Below are positions 17,841-24,705 of a DNA stretch of 32,000 nt, one piece after another; position 1 is the first letter of the stretch, and each line of letters starts with the position of its first letter. Position numbers and translations under genes: made by a program. The notes beneath the pieces were generated by a model. It was not told where the DNA came from. It saw only the letters and a list, made by a program, of their open reading frames with translations, and did not search any database. The stretch comes from Microcystis aeruginosa NIES-843 (GTDB taxonomy: Bacteria > Cyanobacteriota > Cyanobacteriia > Cyanobacteriales > Microcystaceae): positions 2,010,001 through 2,042,000 of the forward strand of contig NC_010296.1 in NCBI RefSeq assembly GCF_000010625.1, given 5' to 3'.

Positions 17841-18212
17841 TTAATCGATAGTAAAAAATGTGGGATATCCCGAACGATCAGCCCCTATGGAATAATATGT
17901 ATTGACTGGAACACCATGTAAAGGTGGTATGGCTAAATAACAACGCCGGAAAGTTTTATCCAAAATAGTTTTTTGCATACATCTTTTTACCAATTTTGCG
18001 GGGATCAGGCAACTAATCCTACTAAAAGTTGCACCAGGAATACCTGGCACTATCGAAAATCTGTCATGATCATTTATACACTTATATACTTGACCAGATT
18101 GAGCTATTAAAAAGTCTTTGTTTTCACTTAAGTTAAATGTTTTAGCTTGTCGAGACACAGTTAGTCCCAATAAAGTTAATACAGCCGTTATGTATATTAC
18201 ACTTGTTTTCAT
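17841..18212 (-). CDS. Hypothetical small secreted protein
   Basis: 123 aa, N-terminal signal-like helix (MKTSVIYITAVLTLLGLTVS), 4 Cys. No family recognised. Confidence 0.4.
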   Translation of the reverse strand: MKTSVIYITAVLTLLGLTVSRQAKTFNLSENKDFLIAQSGQVYKCINDHDRFSIVPGIPGATFSRISCLIPAKLVKRCMQKTILDKTFRRCYLAIPPLHGVPVNTYYSIGADRSGYPTFFTID

Positions 18213-18249
18213 TAATGTATCTCCTCAAAGTGCGATCGCTCCCCCTCGC

Positions 18250-18380
18250 AGCCAGATTAAGCAACAACCCAACACCAAAGGCGGACAAAACAACAATACA
18301 CACTCACCCCCCCACAACTGTATTAAAAGTTACAAAATAATAAATCTTTACATTCCTCTCCCTAGCAGCGATTCACTGGG
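18250..18380 (+). repeat. Cassette-boundary repeat, copy 1
   Basis: Shares ...acaacaatacac..cacccccc..., the identical 16-mer AATAAATCTTTACATT (18339-18354) and ...ctccctag..gattcac with copies at 19203-19335 and 20225-20315. All are in the same orientation. Confidence 0.8.
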
Positions 18381-18390
18381 GACAATTGAG

Positions 18391-18579
18391 ATATTGGGAC
18401 TTAGGCGTTTTCGGTCAGCAAAAAAGGCTCAAACCATTACGGGACAAAGGGTTAACCTCGATTTATGATTTTCCTTGATATATCTGGGTTTCAGCGATTT
18501 TGGGCTTCTCGAAGTAAATCCCAAGCGGGGATTGGAGTTGAAGCTTTTCTCGATTTGTTTTTTGTCTAAGTCCCAATAT
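18391..18579. mobile_element. 189-bp MITE-like element with perfect 14-bp TIR ATATTGGGACTTAG
   Basis: atattgggacttag at 18391-18404 and ctaagtcccaatat at 18566-18579. No credible ORF inside. Confidence 0.6.
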
Positions 18580-18607
18580 TTCCTCTTTGCGAACTATAAT
18601 CCAAAAA

Positions 18608-18928
18608 TTAGTAGTGAAAAAATTCAACCAAGCGATCAGCCACTAACATTGCCATTTGTTCGTCAAGACGGCTAATTTGAGCGACGATTCGGGTTTTGTC
18701 GATCGCTCTAATTTGGTCTAAGGCAATACTACCTCGCACATTTTCTTGGTCAATCGGGATTCTGGTGGGGTATTTTTTGACTGTGCTGGTGATGGGAGCG
18801 ACGACTACTGTTCTCAACCGAGCATTAATCTCGCTAGGGGAAACAATAACACAAGGTCGGGTTTTTTGCAGTTCGGAACCCCTAGTCGGATCGAGTTCCA
18901 CTAGAACCACAGCAAATCTTTCTACCAT
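18608..18928 (-). CDS. mazF: Type II toxin MazF/PemK family endoribonuclease
   Basis: 106 aa from ATG at 18928 (MVERFAVVLVELDPTRGSELQKTRPCVIVSP...LDQIRAIDKTR), a classic PemK pattern. Overlaps the mazE stop by 7 nt. The longer track ORF start is less likely. Confidence 0.8.
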   Translation of the reverse strand: MVERFAVVLVELDPTRGSELQKTRPCVIVSPSEINARLRTVVVAPITSTVKKYPTRIPIDQENVRGSIALDQIRAIDKTRIVAQISRLDEQMAMLVADRLVEFFHY

Positions 18929-19164
18929 AGATTTTCTTGCTCGAACTCGTTTTCCACTCCTAACCAATCCTGTAACTCTGCTTCGAGCGGTTCGTCATCA
19001 AATAATTCAGCCCACCCCTCTCTCACCTTCTTTTTAGCACTCAGAATAATTTTTTTACCTTCGACTATCGCTTCGACTTCATCAGTGAGTTCGCACTGTT
19101 CCATAATCGCTTGAGGAATTGTAATTCCTTGAGAATTGCCGATTTGTACGATTTTCAGCAACAT
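18922..19164 (-). CDS. mazE: MazE/AbrB-fold (SpoVT-AbrB) antitoxin
   Basis: 80 aa. KIVQIGNSQGITIPQAIMEQ is the swapped-hairpin AbrB/MazE motif. Upstream of mazF. Confidence 0.75.
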   Translation of the reverse strand: MLLKIVQIGNSQGITIPQAIMEQCELTDEVEAIVEGKKIILSAKKKVREGWAELFDDEPLEAELQDWLGVENEFEQENLW

Positions 19165-19202
19165 TTTTGACTGCTTGGTAAATACATTGTCATTATATCA
19201 AT

Positions 19203-19335
19203 CAACCGCTTAAACAGCCCCACCCAACCCCAAAGGCAGACAACATAATAATTCACACTATCCCCATAAAGAAAGTATTTTAAGACACAATTTAATAAAT
19301 CTTTACATTTTTTCCCTAGCTTAGGGATTGACAGG
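19203..19335 (+). repeat. Cassette-boundary repeat, copy 2
   Basis: 16-mer core at 19294-19309. A 23-nt identity (ACAATTTAATAAATCTTTACATT) with copy 3. Confidence 0.8.
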
Positions 19336-19534
19336 GAAAGTTGTTTTCTCCTGTTTTACCCCTTCTTAGGCGACCTATCCTCATTCCGTGAGATATTGTG
19401 ACGCAGTATGTCCTATTCGCCTTTGCCTTCTCCCTTGACGGACTCTCAACTCGATCGCTAACCAAATTAAGCCCGATTACCTCCCATCAACCAGATGATA
19501 AACTGGGGATAAGAGACCTTATCAAGGCATCAGC

Positions 19535-19834
19535 ATGACCACCAACGTAGCGAAAACTCAATGGCAGTATTTAGAGAAACGTCCTCATCCTTGGCGACAA
19601 CAGCTTTGTTTTCAAGGCAGGAGGCTGAAAGCTTTTGATGTCTGGTCAGATATGATTGTCAATGACATGACTCCTCAAGAAGCAGCCCTTAATTGGGAGT
19701 TACCCCTGGCTGCCATCTACGAAGCAATTGACTACTGCGAGGCTAATCAGCAGCTACTCAAGCAAGAAGCGGAAGAAGAACGCCACCGTCTGGAAGCAAA
19801 GGGGATTAGTATTGAGCCTAAGATTATTGCTTGA
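19535..19834 (+). CDS. DUF433-like putative antitoxin
   Basis: 99 aa. GRRLKAFDVWSDMIVNDMTPQEAALNWELPLAAIYEAIDYCEAN resembles DUF433. Directly precedes a DUF5615 gene. Confidence 0.55.
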   Translation: MTTNVAKTQWQYLEKRPHPWRQQLCFQGRRLKAFDVWSDMIVNDMTPQEAALNWELPLAAIYEAIDYCEANQQLLKQEAEEERHRLEAKGISIEPKIIA

Positions 19835-20171
19835 TGAGGACTCGCAATCCCAACTTCTGGTTAAGTTACTTACGGCTGCTGATCATGACGTACTGACGAT
19901 CAATGAAATTGGTTTGGCTGGCTGCACAGATAATGTCGTACTTGACTATGCTATACAGGAAAATCGGATTCTGCTAACTCATAACTGCGATGACTTTGAA
20001 GAGTTGCACCAAGCGAATCCAAACCATTCGGGGCTCTTCGCGGTTTACCGTAACGCTAACCTCTTAAAAAATATGGGCTTCAAGGCAATTGTCAAGGCAA
20101 TCGCCAATCTCGAAACTGCTAACGTCCCCCTTGCTAATCAGTTCATCTCCCTGAACCACTGGAACTATTAA
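19827..20171 (+). CDS. DUF5615 PIN-like putative toxin
   Basis: Family-like sequence begins at LLDEDSQSQLLVKLLTAADHDV...ILLTHNCDDF. I place the start at TTG 19827, overlapping the upstream stop. The track ATG at 19728 would overlap the antitoxin gene by 107 nt. Confidence 0.6.
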   Translation: MLDEDSQSQLLVKLLTAADHDVLTINEIGLAGCTDNVVLDYAIQENRILLTHNCDDFEELHQANPNHSGLFAVYRNANLLKNMGFKAIVKAIANLETANVPLANQFISLNHWNY

Positions 20172-20224
20172 TTCTGGTTTGTCTCGATCTTGTCACAAAT
20201 CTTAACTTAATCTCTCCCTAACTA

Positions 20225-20315
20225 TTGAAAACAACAATACACTCTACCCCCCGCACAGTATCCTACGCTACAATTTAATAAATCTTTACATTATTCTCCC
20301 TGACTAGGGATTCAC
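20225..20315 (+). repeat. Cassette-boundary repeat, copy 3
   Basis: 16-mer core at 20277-20292. Same orientation as copies 1 and 2. Confidence 0.8.
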
Positions 20316-21019
20316 ATCGGATTTACACATCCTCACCCAATATTTCGTCAAAACTTACCGAAAAATTGGGTTTAAAGCCTCGCTCTTTTAGGGCGACTTT
20401 ATATGATGTATGCTATTAAGAATAGCGGGCAGGGTAAGCAACCGCTTAAAAAACCCAGTCATCGCCGGATGAACGCACCGTTCGGATCTCGGCGTGAGCT
20501 TTTCTCGAACGCTGAGCTCAGGGCAGCGCGGTCAAAAACGACATCGGTAAGATTGCCAACCAAATTATGATGGCTGTCACCTTGCGTTGGGAAACCATTT
20601 TGATGCCAGAGGAAAGAAAAGAGGGTCATCAGTCATCAGTTATCAGATTTGCGTTTTCAGTCCACTGATTACTGGAAATACTCCTCAACTCCCACTCTGC
20701 AATAACTACTGGCAGCCAGAAATACGTTGGTTACATATCATGCTTTGTGCTTTTTGTCAAAAAAACTTTTTTTTTGCAATAAAACTACACAAAAAAAAGA
20801 TCATCGTTGTGGGTGAAATTGACTGATTTACCCGTCTTAATTAGGATTACCTTGTAGGTGTGGCAAGGGTTTCAACCATTGCTGTTCAAAAAAGCACATA
20901 ATAACCCACTATGAAATTCTATCAAATCGCTGTAACCATTGTAAAATCGTTGTTAAATAAAAATCTTTCTCAATTAATTCTTAAGAATTTATAAATATTG
21001 CGGAATGTTAATTTAAATA

Positions 21020-21048
21020 TTCTCAAGTTTTTGGAGTCAGTATATAAT
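21020..21048 (+). promoter_or_regulatory. Weak sigma70-type promoter candidate for the 21271 operon
   Basis: TTCTCA (21020-25), 17-nt spacer, TATAAT (21043-48) in an AT-rich region. Sequence match only. Confidence 0.2.
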
Positions 21049-21115
21049 GGTTGCTTATCTTTGTTGAAAAATAGAACTCCTGCAAAAATCCAACATCTAC
21101 CATTGGGTTAGAAGT

Positions 21116-21263
21116 CAGTTATCAGTTATCAGTTATCAGTTATCAGTTATCAGTTATCAGTTATCAGTTATCAGTTATCAGTTATCAGTTATCAGTTCAC
21201 TGAGAAAACTCCCCACACCCCACACCCTACACCCCACACCCTACACCCCACACCCTACACCCC
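21116..21263 (+). repeat. STRR-type heptamer arrays: (CAGTTAT)11 at 21116-21192 and (CCCYACA)~7.5 at 21211-21263
   Basis: Perfect tandem 7-mers ending 7 nt before the ATG at 21271. The complementary strand reads (GGGGTGT/AGGGTGT)n. Confidence 0.95.
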
Positions 21264-21270
21264 AATTCTT

Positions 21271-22605
21271 ATGAGAGATTCCCTATCGAGCCATCTAAGA
21301 GTACAACAACATTGCCTCAATCAAGTTAAATTAGCCGTGAGAAAGCAGGGCTTTAGCAGTCAACGCTCCTTAGCTAAAGAAGCTGAATTTAGTCTGGCTA
21401 TTGTCAGTAACTTCCTGACCGGTAAACCGGTAGAAAAAGCCACTTTTGCCCAAATTTGTCGTCGATTATGCCTCGACTGGCAAGAAATCGCCGCCCTGAA
21501 TGTTCAGCTAACAGCACCCCCTCAAGACAAAATTCTGGTTAATTCTCCATCCAAGAGCGAAAAATTGGACACATTACCCCCCTATCCCAATGGGGCAGTT
21601 CCCCTTGGTTCCCCATTTTATTTAGAACGTCTTCCCCTCGAAGAACAGATAAGGCAGGAAATCAAGAAACCGGGGGCTTTAGTGCGGATAAAAGCCCCGA
21701 AAGAAATGGGCAAAACTTCCCTACTTTTGAGAATGCTCGATTTTGCCAAACAGCAAGGCTACCGCACGGTGAGTTTGAACTTAGAACAGGTGGACCAGAC
21801 GATTTTGGCTGATTTAAACCAATTTTTGCGCTGGTTGTGTGCCAATGCCGCCCGTCAACTACAGTTAAAACCGCAATTAGATGAGTATTGGGATGAGGAT
21901 TTAGGCAGCAAGATTAGCTGTACGGTTTACATTCAAGACTATCTGCTTGAATCGATTACCGCCCCCATTGTCCTCGCTCTCGATGAACTTAATCAGATTT
22001 TTGAACATCCCCAGGTGGCCAAGGATTTTTTACCGCTGCTGCGTTCTTGGTACGAAGAAGCCAAAACCCTACCTATTTGGCAAAAACTCCGTCTTATCGT
22101 CGTCCATTCCACGGAAATTTATGTTCCCCTGCAGCTCAATCAATCCCCCTTTAACGTGGGATTCCCCGCACAGTTAAGTCATTTTAGTCTTGAGGAGGTA
22201 TTGCAATTAGCCCAACGTTATCAACTCACCTGGGAAAATCAGGAAAAAGTCAAACAATTGATGGAGTTAGTGGGAGGACACCCGGCTTTGGTACAAACTG
22301 CCCTCTACTATCTCAGTCGGGAGGAAATAACCATGACGCAAATATTAACCAGTGCCACCTCCGTCACGGGGATTTATGCCCATCACCTGCGACGCCATTG
22401 GGCGGTATTAGAACAACAGCCTGAACTAGCAAAAGCCCTCGATCGGGTGATGAGCGCGGTGGAACCCGTACAATTAGACCCAATTCTCGCTTACAAACTC
22501 AGCAGTATGGGGCTGCTCAAACAATCAGGAGATAAAGTAGTACCAGGCTATGAATTGTATCGACGCTATTTTTTAGAGGTGAAATCCTCTATCAGTTATC
22601 AGTAA
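21271..22605 (+). CDS. HTH + AAA_35 (AAA-like domain) STAND-type P-loop NTPase
   Basis: 444 aa. N-terminal HTH-like segment (SQRSLAKEAEFSLAIVSNFLTGKP). Then SPFYLERLPLEEQIRQEIKKPGALVRIKAPKEMGKTSLLLRM (Walker A at nt 21706-21720), Walker B IVLALDELNQI and GGHPALVQ, the pattern I associate with Pfam AAA_35. Confidence 0.7.
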   Translation: MRDSLSSHLRVQQHCLNQVKLAVRKQGFSSQRSLAKEAEFSLAIVSNFLTGKPVEKATFAQICRRLCLDWQEIAALNVQLTAPPQDKILVNSPSKSEKLDTLPPYPNGAVPLGSPFYLERLPLEEQIRQEIKKPGALVRIKAPKEMGKTSLLLRMLDFAKQQGYRTVSLNLEQVDQTILADLNQFLRWLCANAARQLQLKPQLDEYWDEDLGSKISCTVYIQDYLLESITAPIVLALDELNQIFEHPQVAKDFLPLLRSWYEEAKTLPIWQKLRLIVVHSTEIYVPLQLNQSPFNVGFPAQLSHFSLEEVLQLAQRYQLTWENQEKVKQLMELVGGHPALVQTALYYLSREEITMTQILTSATSVTGIYAHHLRRHWAVLEQQPELAKALDRVMSAVEPVQLDPILAYKLSSMGLLKQSGDKVVPGYELYRRYFLEVKSSISYQ

Positions 22606-22840
22606 ACAGTAAACAGTAATCAGTAATCAGTGAGGGTGTGGGGTGTGGGGTGTAGGGTGTGGGGGGAGTGGGAATTATGAATTATGAATTATGAATTATG
22701 AATTGGGGAGGTGGGGAAGTGGGGAAATTGAACTAAAACCCCAAAACCCCAACACCCCAACACCTAAAACCTGTCTCCTGGCTCCTGAATCCTGACTTCT
22801 GAATCCTATCTCCTGACGACCGACGACCGGCTCCTGACCC
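22591..22840 (+). repeat. Patchwork of heptamer/octamer tandem repeats: CAGTWAW, GGGGTGT, GAATTAT, GGGGAAGT, CCCCAAMA, CTCCTGA-like, CGACGAC
   Basis: Directly visible. It begins inside the last codons of the 21271 gene (atc agt tat cag taa). The 3' flank (caccaacaaactttttgccgcaaaccctac) resembles the TIR of the 7320 MITE family. Confidence 0.9.
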
Positions 22841-22872
22841 CACCAACAAACTTTTTGCCGCAAACCCTACTT

Positions 22873-24705
22873 ATGAATATGTCAATCAAAGATACTGTCC
22901 AAAATACTGTCAACGTTAGTAATTTTAGTCGCTCGCAACTAGGTCAACCGGATGAGAACAATTTATATCAAGCAGTCGCCACAATTACCGAGGGACGTTG
23001 GCCAGAAAATCTGTCGGGATACGTTTTTATCGTCTGTCCTTTTCATAGAAAAAATGACCGTCATTTGTTCTCTGGCGAGGGTGTAATTATTAAATGGGAC
23101 TTGCAAGGGAAAAATAATCAAGTTAATGTTTACAGTAAGAAACTGAAAACCTGGGATAGTTTTTGGCGAAAAGTTTTACCGATATTTAATATTAGTCAAG
23201 CCACTTTTCCTGCCGTGGTCAGCATTTTGGGTTGTTCAGAAATAGCGAATACTGCTATGATTAAACTAGAAAAAGTTGCCGAAGATCAACAACTAGAAGA
23301 AACCAGATTAATTCTCACCGCCGATGCGGGACGTTACTGGGAAGTGGACCCCGTTTCCCTTGATACTATCACTCCGATTGGTTATTTTGACCAACATATT
23401 GTTTCCGTGCCTTTATCTTTTTTCCCAGTCCTAGAAAATACCGCTCATCCCTTCTACGACAAAAAAACCAAAGAATTTATCACCTGTGAATTAAAGCTAA
23501 AACTTGTATCGGGAGGTATGTTAAAAGACTTAGATAAATCGGCGTATATTGTTCTTTGGGATCAACAAAAACAACTTAAACCTTGGAAACTACAGGGAGC
23601 TATCCTCGATGGTAGTCCCCATTCGGTCATCGTCACCGAGGATTATATCATGATTCCCGATATGCCTTTTCAGATGGGAGTAGCCAAACTATTAGGTATC
23701 AGAATTAAGCCGGAAGAAACCTATCCGAAAACTCAAATTTATCTGGTTAAACGTCAAGACCTCAAGGAAGAAGAAACCACCGTTCCCTCGCAATTAATTA
23801 CCTTCAATGGCGACAGTTATCACTTCCTTTGTAATTACCATAGTACCAACGGTCAAATTCAGCTGGTGGCCATCCAAAACGCCACTATTAGTTTAACCGA
23901 AGCGATCGAAAAAGACGATATCCAACATTTTACCGGTCAGGGTTATCCTCCCGAATACCACGGCATTCCCTGGATGTTTTCCTTTGACCCCGGAGTGCTG
24001 CGCAAAGTGGTTATCGAAGATGCCAGGGTGATGAGCGAACAAGCTTTCATCCATCCGGGGTGGTTCTCTACCACTCTCTACACCGCCGACCCGCGGGAAT
24101 CGGAACAGGGATACAGCGCTATTTATCAGGTTTATGCCGGTTATGTGCGCGAATTAATCTGTCGTCGTCAGTATATGGATTTTCGCGACCAAAGTAATCG
24201 CATCCTCAGGGATGCCGAACTTCCCTGTCATGACTTGCCCTCGGTATTAGCCAAGGTTTCCTTCGATAAGGATTGGAATCAGTTAACTGAACAGATTAGC
24301 CAAGAAAAAAAAGCCAGTAATACTCATGTATCACATTTAGGTCGGGGACTACTGGATTTTTATGTTTGTCCCGATGGCTATATTTTAGATAGCATTCAGT
24401 TTATTCCCCAAGAACAGGGCTATCTATTTACGACGGTTTTAACCCCGACCAGAGTATTAGAAGCTTGGTTATTTAACCCTGACAATCTCAAGGACGGACC
24501 GATTGCTAAACTGAGTTTGCCGGAAGATGTTCACTTTGGTTTTACCTTGCATTCCGAGTATTTCGAGCAAGTGCTGCCTTCTCCCCGTCCTTCCGTCTCA
24601 CAGGTAAATCGAGTCCTGTCAGCCTTGCGGAGTCTTGTTTTAGTTCCCGTAGAATTTTTCTTGGGGAGACCCGCAGCCATTTACAATCGCCAAGTAAAAA
24701 AATGA
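22873..24705 (+). CDS. Divergent carotenoid oxygenase (RPE65/CCD) family-like protein
   Basis: 610 aa from ATG 22873; the track uses TTG 22855, which lies in repeat-derived sequence. Candidate iron ligands: H192 (TAHPFYD), H250 ([16 protein letters not shown]), H317 (SYHFLCNY), H560 (FTLHSEY). Motif contexts and the 58/67-aa spacings resemble AHPK.D, HDFAITENY and FHH.NA in known CCDs. Confidence 0.6.
   Translation: MNMSIKDTVQNTVNVSNFSRSQLGQPDENNLYQAVATITEGRWPENLSGYVFIVCPFHRKNDRHLFSGEGVIIKWDLQGKNNQVNVYSKKLKTWDSFWRKVLPIFNISQATFPAVVSILGCSEIANTAMIKLEKVAEDQQLEETRLILTADAGRYWEVDPVSLDTITPIGYFDQHIVSVPLSFFPVLENTAHPFYDKKTKEFITCELKLKLVSGGMLKDLDKSAYIVLWDQQKQLKPWKLQGAILDGSPHSVIVTEDYIMIPDMPFQMGVAKLLGIRIKPEETYPKTQIYLVKRQDLKEEETTVPSQLITFNGDSYHFLCNYHSTNGQIQLVAIQNATISLTEAIEKDDIQHFTGQGYPPEYHGIPWMFSFDPGVLRKVVIEDARVMSEQAFIHPGWFSTTLYTADPRESEQGYSAIYQVYAGYVRELICRRQYMDFRDQSNRILRDAELPCHDLPSVLAKVSFDKDWNQLTEQISQEKKASNTHVSHLGRGLLDFYVCPDGYILDSIQFIPQEQGYLFTTVLTPTRVLEAWLFNPDNLKDGPIAKLSLPEDVHFGFTLHSEYFEQVLPSPRPSVSQVNRVLSALRSLVLVPVEFFLGRPAAIYNRQVKK

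Noticed and set aside
18118-19037. Plus-strand ORFs 18118-18468, 18475-18675 and 18696-19037.
   Set aside because: They span repeat or MITE DNA, or are antisense to mazEF. They are low complexity.
19728-19826. Upstream ATG start for the DUF5615 gene.
   Set aside because: It would overlap the DUF433-like gene by 107 nt. The family-typical N-terminus (LLDEDS..) begins at the TTG at 19827.
20587-20826. 79-aa plus-strand ORF.
   Set aside because: It starts in heptamer-type repeats, runs through A/T homopolymer tracts and has low-complexity composition.
21116-21263. Tandem 7-mer arrays (also at 10421-10554 and 22591-22840) looked superficially like a CRISPR array or other spaced-repeat locus.
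   Set aside because: The units are contiguous 7-mers with no spacers, far shorter than CRISPR repeats. They fit cyanobacterial STRR-type microsatellites.
22855-22872. TTG start at 22855 for the oxygenase-like gene.
   Set aside because: These codons lie in MITE-TIR-like sequence (ctttttgccgcaaaccctac). The ATG at 22873 is the more conservative start, though this remains uncertain.
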